From Mobula hypostoma (Eukaryota), in the NCBI RefSeq assembly GCF_963921235.1, contig NC_086097.1, positions 183,150,001-183,214,000 on the forward strand: a stretch of 64,000 bases of DNA. The letters run 5' to 3'. The translations under genes were made by a program, and so were the position numbers. A model generated the notes under the pieces. It saw only the letters and a program-made list of their open reading frames with translations, was not told the DNA's origin and did no database searches. This document shows, in pieces, positions 52,789 through 64,000 of this stretch (position 1 is the first letter of the stretch; every line of letters starts with the position of its first letter).

Positions 52789-55700
52789 CATCATCACTGG
52801 GTGCCGTGCCCAGTTTGAGCTTTAACTGCCATGGCCCACACACTCCTGTTTTGGGTCAAGTGGATCAATTTATTGGTATTCATTTCCAATTCTCTGGCTG
52901 CTGTCTCCATCATCATTTGTCTTTGTCTTCCTCTTGCTTTCTTCCCTTCAGTCTTTCCTATGATTACTGTGCATTCTAACTCCTCTTTCCTAATCACATG
53001 TCCAATGAAGTTACATTGCCTTTTCATGATCTCATACATTATTTCTCTTTTTGTGTTTGCTCTGTTCATGACATCCTCGTTAGATATTCGTTTCGTCCAT
53101 GATATTCTTTGCATCCTCCTCAAAAACCACATTTCTGCTGCTACAATTCGTTTCCTCATGTTACTAGATATTGTCCAACATTCTGAGCCATATAACATAA
53201 CTGGATAAACATAATGTTTCAGTACTCTGAGGCAGGTTGTCATGCCTAGTTTAGTATTGGTCAGTATACTCTTCATTCTCGTAAAGGTGTCTTTTGCCAT
53301 CCCTATTCTTCTTTTGATGTCCAAGTTGCACCTGCCATCTGATATCACCCAGTTTCCCAAGTAGCAAAAGTTCTTTACTTGTTTTATGTCTTCCCCATTT
53401 ATACTCAGCCTGAAGATAGGATTCTCCTTCTTTTTGGATATCACCATACATTCTGTCTTTTTGCAACTGATAGATAGACCCATTTTTTGCACTTTCTTCA
53501 ACAATGATATCAATTAAGTTTTGCAGTTCTTCCTCCGTACTTGCAATTAACACAGTGTCATCTGCATATCTGAAATCATTGATGTTTTCACCACCAACTT
53601 TGATTCCCAAGTTGTCTCTTATTTTTTGTAATATTGTTTCACTGTACACATTAAATAAGTCAGGGGAGAAAACACACCCTTGTCTAACGCCTCTCTTGAT
53701 TTTCATAAACTGACTCACTTCTCCATCTATTCTTACAGCGGCAGTTTGTTCCCAGTACAGATTTCTGATTAGTGGAGGTTTTTCGAATCTAGATCTAGAG
53801 TTTTCTGTAATATTTCAAATAACTTATTGTGCTTCACTTTATCAAATGCTTTTGTGTAGTCTATAAAACAAACAAACAAATCTTTTTGCGCTTGACTAGC
53901 TCGTTCTGATAGTATCCTTAACATCAATATTGCATTTCTTGTACCTTTGTCTTTCACAAAACCACATTGTTCTTTGCCTACTTCAGCTTGTATCTTACTT
54001 TTAGCTCTTGTCATTAAAATTCTTAGAAGTATCTTGGTGATATGACTCATTAAACTTATGGTCCTATGTAATTCACATTCTATTGCTCCAGCTTTCTTAG
54101 GAAGAGTGATAAATACTCATTTTTTCATCTCTTCTGGTATTATTCCAGTCTCATAAATGTCATTGTTTAAATCAGTAAGTTTTTCAATTCCATAATCTTC
54201 AAGGGAAATAATTTGTTCTGTTACTAACTCATCAGGACCTGCTGCCTTTCCTTTCTTCATCTTATTTATTACATTACGAACTTCAGACTTTAAAATACTT
54301 GGACCGTCAATGTTTTTCTTAATTTCTGGTTTTTCGCCTCGATCGTCTTCAAACAATTCCTGAATATACTCAGTCCATCTGTTCATAATCTCATCTTTTT
54401 TCATGATAATGGTACCATCCTTTGCTTTCAAACATCCACCTGAAGAACAGAGGAGCTTTTTACCAGTGATATTCTTGATTTGTTGATGTAACCTTTTTGG
54501 ATCAGTAATAGGGATTCTTTCTATTTGCTCACATTCCTGGATTAACCATTCTTCTTTGGCTTTTTGACATAAGCTTTTAACTTTTTAAATCTAAGGACTT
54601 ATATTCTATTGGATTTGCTTTCTTCCATCTCCTTTCTTCCATTAGATTTTTGATTTCATCTGTCATCCATTTATTCTTTGTGCTTTTTTCTTTTTTAGGA
54701 ATCACTGACTTTGCTGATTCTACCAAGGCATCCTTTAGAGAGTTACATTTCATTTCTACATGATTGCTACCATCTTCAACAGATTCTATTTCTAGACTTT
54801 GAAATCCATTCCTTACTTCAATTGTAAATTTTTGCCTTAAGTTTTCTTTAATTAATTGCAAGTAGTCAAGGGACTGTTCGAGTATTTTCTTCTTTAGTTT
54901 TTTAAGTTTTACTTTTACACTATTACAGTCTGCACCTGGATATGTGTTGCATTGAGTCACTGAGTTTCTAAACCTTTGGTTTATAGTAATAAAGTCAATT
55001 TTATTTCTAGTGTTATCACCTGGACTTTTCCAGGTCCACAAGCGTCTTAGATGGTTTTTAAAGTAGGTATTCATAATGACCTGATTATTCATTTTGCACC
55101 ATTCTATCCATTTCTCACCTCTTTCATTTCTGTCCCCTAGTCCAAATTTTCCTGTGGTATTTCCATTAGCACCTTGTCCTACTTTAGCATTTGGTCTCCC
55201 ATGACAATAACAATACCTTGAGATTTGCATCCATTCTTTGCTTGTTCAAGCTCTTCATAGAATTTATCTATATCCTCATTTGTTCCATCTGTTGTTGGTG
55301 CATATACCTTGTACAATTGCTAAATCAAACGGTTGTCCTCTGAATCTAACAAGGAGCATTCTTTCTGATTTTGCCCAATGTCCTAAAACACTTTTTGCCA
55401 TGTTTTCATCCATAAGGATTCCTACTCCATTAGTATGGGATGTTCCACAAGAATAAACTAGTGTTTTATTTCTAATCTGACATGTTCCAGCACCTACCCA
55501 ACAAACTTCGCTAATTCCCATGATGTTAATCTTTAGTCTTTCCATTTCATTTATCACATTGTCCAATCTTCCTGCTTGATATAGGGTTCTTACATTCCAA
55601 GTGGCAATAATTTTCTTTTGTGTTACTTTAATTTTATGAGCAGTAGCCTGATGACGGTCAGGGATCCCCTGCTGGCCAGAATCAACCCTACCAATCGAAA

Positions 55701-56099
55701 CATCTTCAGGGTTGTCTTGAAGATCCTCTTGACGCTGTTGTTGTGTGATACATTTTGTGAGTTTGACCATGGTTTTCTTAGCAAATTGCAATGGTGGTTT
55801 GCTATTGCCTACCGTTGGGCGAACTAAAGAAATCCCATTTCTCTTCCCAAATGGCAGAGGCGAGGATAGGTTCCAAATTTCAGTCCTGGGTATGACTCTA
55901 ACCGCAACCGGTGATGAGGCTCTGATTGGGGACTTTCAGAGCTTTGAGGAAAGTGGAGTTACCCCTTAGCCATTCATTGCTCCCAGGGCCGCTCTGGCCC
56001 GGAGCGGTACCACCTGCAAGGGTTCCTGCTCAGGATAAGAGCGAAGGCCAGCGACAGATCCGGCAGGTTCAGTAACTGAACTCATGATGGAGAAGGCGG
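52789..56099 (-). mobile_element. Full-length (~3.3 kb) RTE-clade LINE with frameshifts
   Basis: 12-bp TSD ATGTAATTTGAT at 52777-52788 and 56100-56111; EN motifs ATWNVRTL, GISEV, WTWKSP, IDFI; RT motifs DYTKAFD, GVRQGCVFSP, RYADDTVL; (TGA)n tail. Confidence 0.92.
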
Positions 56100-57084
56100 A
56101 TGTAATTTGATAAGAAATTTATTTTGAATTTTTGTGAATCTGTGGATTTCACTGACATTAGCAGCTGTGTAGACCAAGTGATCGGATACATTTAAAGAAG
56201 AGGTTGGTGGATTCTTGGCATCAAAGGTTACGGGGGAGAAGGCAGAAGAATGGGGTTGAGAGGGATAAAAAAATCATCCATGATGGATTGGTAGAGCAGA
56301 CTGAATGGGCTGAATGATTCAGCAGACTCGATGGGCCACATGGACTAATTCTGCTCCTGTGTCTCTATGATCATATAGTATTATGGTTTTGGGATTATAA
56401 AATTGGTATTGAAATGTAACTCTTTCATTGAAATATCATTTTTCAGGATACCTGAAATACCTAGTCAATCAAAATTATGGAAAAAATGGTGAGTATTAGG
56501 GTGCAAAAATATTGAATGTGGCATTAAGAAATGAACAATGATTATGCATAAATAGCACAGTGTGCTAAATAGCATACATACTTCTTCAAATCAAGAATGT
56601 ACTGTACATTGTAATTTGCTTGCATATCCTTCCCCATGCCACCTACCACAAGAAGTATTTTTAGGCATGGGGATTTCCTGATACACATTTTATAAAAAAT
56701 GATTGCTTCTCCGCACTCTTCACTACATTATGGAACTGATTGTTCTTAAATGCCTTCAATTAACATATCACAGAGATATAGAGTGTAACACTATTACAGC
56801 ACCAGTGACCTGGGTTCAAATCCTTACAGACCCACTGCCTGAAAGAAGTTTGTATATTCTTCACATGGCTATGTGTTTTTCCTCTGGGTGCTCCAGTTTC
56901 CTCCCACATTCCTAACTTCAGAGTTCGAAGTACATTTTATTATCAAAGTACATATATGTCACCAGAAACAACACTGAGATTCATTTTCTTGTGGGCATTC
57001 TCAATAAATTATAACCATAACAAAATCCTTTGACAGGTTTCTATGCTATCCAGAACACCATCAATCTTCATTTTCTCTGCAGAC

Positions 57085-57680
57085 TTACTAACACCCTCAT
57101 CTATGCTTTCATCCAGCTATGAATTCAAACAGCCAATTCACCATGTATTCCATGCATTTTAATCATCTAAATGATCCTCCTATGAGGGATCTTGTCAAAT
57201 ACCTTACTAAAATTCACGTAGTCAACATCCACAGCTCTACCTTCATCAATCACCTTAATCATTTCCTCTGAAAAGCTCAACCAAGCTAGTAGGACGTGAC
57301 TTTCCCTGCACAAGGTCAAGCTGTCTGTCGTAATTAGATCATGGCTATCAAATTGCTCATAAATGCTATCCCCAAGAATCAACTCCAGTAAATTCCCTAT
57401 CACTGACACAACATTTACCGATTTGCATTTTCCAGGAATATCCCTATTTCTCTTCTTAAATGATGAAACAACATCAGTTACTCACCAGTCCTCCAGAAAC
57501 TTACCTGTGGCTAGAGAGGACCTGAAGATATACTGTAGGTCAATGCCTCAACTATCTCATCATTTGTCCCTCTCAATAACCTAGGGTATATCTCATCAGG
57601 CCAAGCAAATTAGCACACTCCGCATTGGTCTCCCTGTCCTCCATGTCTCTCTCTTTGGTAAATATCAATATAAAGTACTC
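57085..57680 (-). mobile_element. Decayed CR1 RT fragment
   Basis: IDEGRAVDV..NFSKVFDKIPH peptide. Confidence 0.7.
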
Positions 57681-57719
57681 ACCATCATGAACTCCCACAG
57701 CCCCAATGACCCTGTGATT

Positions 57720-59715
57720 TCAGTCTCTGAGACTGATGCTCAAGGTTCAAAATTAAAAGTGGATTTATTGTCAAAGTACATATATGTCATCATGTACAAC
57801 ACTGGGATTCATTTTCTTGTGGGCATGCTCAATAGATCTATAGAATAATAACAGAGTCAATGGAAATCCATCCAACCAGGACAGCATTTCATGTCGATGT
57901 GTTCAATGGTTTGGGGGGCTCTACCTGTGATGAGACTGGGCCGTATCCACTACTTATTGTAGGATTTTTCATACATGTGCATTGGTGTTTCCAGGCTATG
58001 ATGCAGCCAGTCAATATACTCTCCACTACACATCTATAGAAGTTTGACAAAGTTTTAGATATCTTGGCGAATCTCCAAAGTTCCTTAGTCTTGCTGACAT
58101 TGAGTAAGAGATTGTTGTTATAACATCATTCAGCCAGATTTTCAATCTCCCTCCGATATGCTGATTCATCACCACCTTTGATTCGGTCTACGGCAGTGAT
58201 ATCATCAGCAAACTTGTTTATGGCATTGGAGATGTGCTTAGCCACACAGTCATAAGTGTAAAGTGAGTAGAGCAGGGGACTAAGCACGCAGTCTTGTGCA
58301 CCTGTGCCGATGGAGATTGTGGAGGAGATGTTGTTGCCAATCTGAACTGACTGGGGTCTGCATGTGAGGAAATCCAAGATCCAACTGCACAAGGAGGTAT
58401 TGATGCTGAGGTCATGAAGCTTATTGATTAGTTTTGAGGGGAAGTTAGTATTGAATGCTGAGCTGTAGTTGATAAAGAGCAACCTAATCACCCTTGCTGT
58501 CAAGGTGTTTCAGGGTTGAGTGAAGAGCCAATGAGACAGCATCTGCTTTGGGCCTGTTGCTTCGATAGGAAAACTGGAGTGGATCTCAGTCGCATCTCAG
58601 GTAGGAGTTGATATGTTTCATCACCAACCTCTGAAAACACTTCACCACTGTGGATGTAAGTGCTACATTGAGGTAGGTCAACACACTCTTCTTGGGCACT
58701 GCTATAATTGAAGCCTGCTTGAAGCAGATGGGTACCACACACTGCTGAAGTGAAGGGTTAAAGTTCCCAGGGAACACACCAGCCACTTGATCAGCACAGG
58801 TCTTTAGTATTTGGCCAGGTACCCCACCTGAGCCAGATGCTTTTAATGGGTACACCCTCCTGAAGGCTGCTCGCACATCAGCTTCAGCGATTGAAATCAT
58901 AGGATCATCGGGGGGGATGAGGGAGTTCATGATGGTTCCTCCATGTTTTGATGGTGAGAGTGAGCATAGAAGGCATTGAGCTCATCTGGAAGTGAAGCCC
59001 TGCTATCTCCACTGTTGCTTGTTTTAATGTTAAACGAGGTGATATTATTCGTCCTGCCATAACTGTTGCCTATACATCGTTAATTCAAATTTGGTCTAGA
59101 ATTGCCATTTTCCCTGTGAGATGGCTTTCCAGAGATCGTACCTGGACCTCTTGTAACCTTTTTGGTCACCAGACTTGAATGCCTCTGATCTGGCTCTCAG
59201 CAGATTTCAGATCTCATGGTTCATCCAAGGCTTCTGATTGGGGAAGACTGTGAATGATTTTGTGGGGATACACTCGTCCACAGCTGTTTTAATAAAGTCT
59301 GTCACAACCATGGTATATTCATTCAGATCTCCAGATGAATCCTTGAACACGGCCCAGTCCACCGACTTCAAGCAATATCATAGCTGCTCCTCTGTCTCCT
59401 ACGACCACCTCTTTGTTATTCTAATCGCTGGAGTTTTGCTCTTTAGCTTTAGCCTGTATGCAGATAGGACAGCCAAGTGATCGGATTTACCAAAATGCAG
59501 TCTGGGCGTGGAATGGTAGGCACTCCGGCACTCCTTATCTTGGTATAACAGTAGTCCTGTATATTGGGACCTCTGGTGCAGCAGGTTATATGCTGGTGGC
59601 AACTGGGCAGGTTTTTCTTCAAACAAGTCTGGTTGAAGTCTCCGACTATGATTTGAAATGTGTTGGGTTGAACTGTTTCTTATTTGGAGACGGCATCATG
59701 AGTATCGCAAGCACT
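57720..59715 (-). mobile_element. Decayed Rex1/Babar LINE pieces
   Basis: ORFs 58126-58503 ([24 protein letters not shown]), 58586-58930 and 59399-59626 (HFGKSDHLAV). Confidence 0.8.
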
Positions 59716-62700
59716 TGATTATAGTTGGAGGGCAGTTGTGATAGGGGACTCGATAGTAAGGGGGTCAGATAGGCGATTCTGTGGACGCAGTCCAGAGACC
59801 CGGATGGTAGTTTGCCTCTCTGGTGCCAGGGTCCCGGATATCTCTGATCGTGTCCAAGATATCCTGAAGTGGGAGGGTGAGGAGCCAGAGGTCGTGGTAC
59901 ATATAGGTACCAATGACATAGGTAGGAAAAGGGAAGAGGTCCTGAAAGGAGAATATAGGGAGCTAGGAAGGGAGTTGAGAAAAAGGACCGCAAAGGTAGT
60001 AATCTCGGGATTACTGCCTGTGCCACGTGACAGTGAGAGTAGGAATGCGATGAGGTGGAGGATAAATGCGTGGCTGAGGGATTGGAGCAGGAGGCAGGGA
60101 TTCAAGTTTTTGGATCATTGGGACCTCTTTTGGTGCAGGCGTGACCCGCACAAAAAGGACGGGTTACACTTGAATCCTAGGGGGACCAATATCCTGGCAG
60201 GGAGATTAGCGAGGGCTACTGAGGTGACTTTAAACTAGAATGGTTGGGGGGTGGGAATCAAATTAAAGAGGCTAGGCGAGAGGAGGTTAGTTCACAACAG
60301 GGGGATGGAAAAAGTAGTAAGGAGAAAAGTAAAAGTGGCAGGCCGACAAATCCAGGGCAAGCATCAAAAAGGGCCACTTTTCAACATAATTGTATAAGGG
60401 CTAAGAGAGTTGTAAAAGAGCGCCTGAAGGCTTTGTGTGTCAATGCCAGGAGCATTCGTAACAAGGTGGATGAATTGAAAGTGCAGATTGTTATTAATGA
60501 TTATGATATAGTTGGGATCACAGAGACATGGCTCCAGGGTGACCAAGGATGGGAGCTCAACGTTCAGGGATATTCAATATTCAGGAGGGATAGACATGAA
60601 AGAAAAGGAGGTGGGGTGGCGTTGCTGGTTAAAGAAAAGATTAACGCAATAGAAAGGAAGGACATAAACCGAGAAGATGTGGAATCGATATGGGTAGAGC
60701 TGCATAACACTAAGGGGCAGAAAATGCTGGTGGGAGTTGTGTACAGGCCACCTAACAGTAGTAGTGAGGTCGGGGATGGTATTAAACAGGAAATTAGAAA
60801 TGTATGCAATAAAGGAACAGCAGTTATAATGGGTGACTTCAATCTACATGTAGATTGGGTGAACCAAATTGGTAAAGGTGCTGAGGAAGAGGATTTCTTG
60901 GAATGTATGTGGGATGGTTTTTGAACCAACATGTCGAGGAACCAACTAGAGAGCAGGCTATTCTAGACTGGGTTTTGAGCAATGAGGAAGGGTTAATTAT
61001 CAATCTTGTCGTGAGAGGCCCCATGGGTAAGAGTGACCATAATATGGTGGAATTCTTCATTAGGATGGAGAGTGACATAGTTAATTCAGAAACAAAGGTT
61101 CTGAACTTAAAGAGGAGTATGAGACGTGAATTAGCTAAGATAGACTGGCAAATGACACTTAAAGGATTGACGGTGGATATGCAATGGCAAGCATTTAAAG
61201 ATTGCATGGATGAACTACAACAATTGTTCATCCCAGTTTGGCAAAAGAATAAATCAAGGAAGGTAGTGCACCCATGGCTGACAAGAGAAATTAGGGATAG
61301 TATCAATTCCAAAGAAGAATTAGCCAGAAAAAGTGGCTCACCTGAGGACTGGGAGAAATTCAGAGTTCAGCAGAGGAGGACATAGGGCTTAATTAGGAAG
61401 GGGAAAAAAGATTATGAGAGAAAACTGGCAGGGAACATAAAAACTGACTGTAAAAGCTTTTATAGATATGTAAAAAGGAAAAGACTGGTAAAGACAAATG
61501 TAGGTCCCCTACAGACAGAAACAGGTGAATTGATTATGGGGAGCAAGGACATGGCAGACCAATTGAATAATTACTTTGGTTCTGTCTTCACTAAGGAGGA
61601 CATAAATAATCTTCCAGAAATAGTAGGGGACAGAGGGTCCAGTGAGATGGAGGAACTGAGCAAAATACATGTTAGTAGGGAAGTGGTGTTAGGTAAATTG
61701 AAGGGATTAAAGGCAGATAAATCCCCAGGGCCAGATGGTCTGCATCCCAGAGTGCTTAAGGAAGGAGCCCAAGAAATAGTGGATGCATTAGTGACAATTT
61801 TTCAAAACTCATTAGATTCTGGACTAGTTCCTGAGGATTGGAGGGTGGCTAATGTAACCCCACTTTTTAAAAAAGGAGGGAGAGAGAAACCGGGGAATTA
61901 TAGACCGGTTAGCCTAACGTCGGTGGTGGGGAAACTGCTGGAGCAGTTATCAAAGATGTGATAACAGCACATTTGGAAAGCGGAGAAATCATAGGACAAA
62001 GTCAGCATGGATTTGTGAAAGGAAAATCATGTCTGACGAATCTCATAGAATTTTTTGAGGATGTAACTAGTAGAGTGGATAGGGGAGAACCAGTGGATGT
62101 GGTATATTTGGATTTTCAAAAGGCTTTTGACAAGGTCTCACACAGGAGATTAGTGTGCAAACTTAAAGCACACGGTATTGGGGGTAAGGTATTGATGTGG
62201 ATAGAGAATTGGTTAGCAGACAGGAAGCAAAGAGTGAGAATAAACGGGACCTTTTCAGAATGGCAGGCAGTGACTAGTGGGGTACCGCAAGGCTCAGTGC
62301 TGGGACCCCAGTTGTTTACAACATATATTAATGACTTGGATGAGGGAATTAAATGCAGCATCTCCAAGTTTGCGGATGACATGAAGCTGGGTGGCAGTGT
62401 TAGCTGTGAGGAGGATGCTAAGAGGATGCAGGGTGACTTGGATAGGTTGGGTGAGTGGGCAAATTCATGGCAGATGCAATTTAATGTGGATAAATATGAA
62501 GTTATCCACTTTGGTGGCAAAAATAGGAAAACAGATTATTATCTGAATGGTGGCCGATTAGGAAAAGGGGAGGTGCAACGAGACCTGGGTGTCATTATAC
62601 ACCAGTCATTGAAAGTGGGCATGCAGGTACAGCAGGCGGTGAAAAAGGCGAATGGTATGCTGGCATTTATAGCAAGAGGATTCGAGTACAGGAGCAGGGA

Positions 62701-63285
62701 GGTACTACTGCAGTTGTACAAGGCCTTGGTGAGACCACACTTGGAGTATTGTGTGCAGTTTTGGTCCCCTAATCTGAGGAAAGACATCCTTGCCATAGAG
62801 GGAGTACAAAGAAGGTTCACCAGATTGATCCCTGGGATGGCAGGACTTTCATATGAAGAAAGACTGGATGAACTAGGCTTCTACTCGTTGAAATTTAGAA
62901 GATTGAGGGGGGATCTGATTGAAACGTATAAAATCCTAAAGGGATTGGACAGGCTAGATGCAGGAAGATTGTTCCCGATGTTGGGGAAGTCCAGAACGAG
63001 GGGTCACAGTTTGAGGATAAAGGCGAAGCCTTTTAGGATCGAGATGACGAAAAACTTCTTCACACAGAGAGTGGTGAATCTGTGGAATTCTCTGCCACAG
63101 GAAACAGTTGAGGCCAGTTCATTGGCTATATTTAAGAGGGAGTTAGATATGGCCCTTGTGGCTAGGGGGATCAGAGGGCTGGTGCAGGGTTCTGAGTTGG
63201 ATGATCTGCCATGATCATAATAAATGGCGGTGCAGGCTTGAAGGGCCGAATGACCTACTCCTGCACCTATTTTCTATGTTTCTAT
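59716..63285 (+). mobile_element. Young near-complete CR1 LINE: ORF1 SGNH esterase domain, ORF2 APE endonuclease + RT (few frameshifts/stops), 3' tail
   Basis: ORF1 motifs IGDSIVRG, HIGTND, DGLHLN (59738-60238); EN motifs NARSI, GITETW, VYRPP, GDFN, SDH; RT motifs [22 protein letters not shown]; (TTTCTATG)n tail. Confidence 0.93.
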
Positions 63286-63379
63286 GGTGGTATGTAAGCT
63301 CGGTCAGGATCATGGATGAGAACGCTCTAGGTAAACAGAACAGACAGCATTTGACCATTAGGTTTTAGAGCATCCTTCA

Positions 63380-64000
63380 GGACTTATGACTGAGGTTAAG
63401 CACAGCTCCAATGCCATATTTAAGTTTGCTAATGACACCACTATCATTGGTCAAATCAAAGGTGGTGACAAATCAGTGTATAAGAGGGAGATTAAAAATC
63501 TGGCTGAGTGGTACAACAGCAACATCTCACTCAATGTCAGTAAGACCTTCATACTTACTTCAGGAGAGGGAAACCGGAGGTCCATGAGCTGGTCCCAGAG
63601 GTGGAGAAGGTCAGCAACTTTAAATTACTTGGTATTATAATTTCAGAGGATCTATCCATGATCCAGTATGTAAGTGCCATTATGAAGAAAGCACAGCAAC
63701 TCCTCTACTTTCTTGGAAGTCTTCAAAGATTTGACATGCCATCAAAAACTCATCATGACTTGGTATAGAAACACCAATGCCCTTGTATCGAAAAGCCTAC
63801 AAAAAGTAGTCGATGTGGCCCAGTCCATCAAAAGTAAAGCCCTCTCCCCTATTGAGCACATCTACATGGAGTGCTGTCGCAGAAAAGCAGCATCCATCGT
63901 CAAGGACCCCTATCATCCAGGTTATGCTTTCTTCTTACTGTTGCTGTTACAAAGAAGGTACAGGAGCCTCAGGGCCCACCACCATGTTCAGGAACAGTTA
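63380..64000 (+). mobile_element. Rex1/Babar LINE fragment, runs off the window
   Basis: NAIFKFANDTT...YKREIKNLAEW; similar to 51830-52450. Confidence 0.75.

Noticed and set aside
48170..64000. Further upstream TMEM67 exons
   Set aside because: Searched by eye for the expected WRTYF/NEWNEIQ-type peptide and did not find it; probably beyond the window.

Overview
Vertebrate genomic DNA. The repeat complement (CR1, Rex1/Babar, V-domain SINEs, Penelope) suggests a cartilaginous fish, probably a ray; this is an inference. Two host genes lie in tandem on the minus strand. The first is the last eight coding exons of TMEM67/meckelin (48169 to 33775), reconstructed by hand with GT-AG boundaries and a continuous 888-nt frame. 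The second is the complete PDP1 gene: CpG-island/CCAAT promoter near 32 kb, a probable non-coding first exon, and a single coding exon at 22942-21317. Much of the rest is nested retro- and DNA-transposon debris: CR1 (one near-complete young copy with an SGNH-esterase ORF1), Rex1/Babar, a full-length RTE, Tc1, a pogo/Tigger-like element, a hAT MITE and a probable solo LTR. The most interesting signal not shown by the ORF track is a family of Penelope-like-element termini carrying minimal hammerhead ribozyme cores. Two copies are intact and five are decayed; they include an 895-bp inverted-pLTR insertion in a TMEM67 intron and a 160-bp ribozyme-only insertion, both with 13-bp target-site duplications. 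PLE hammerheads are a known class, so no wholly new system is claimed. Repeat boundaries without TSDs are approximate.
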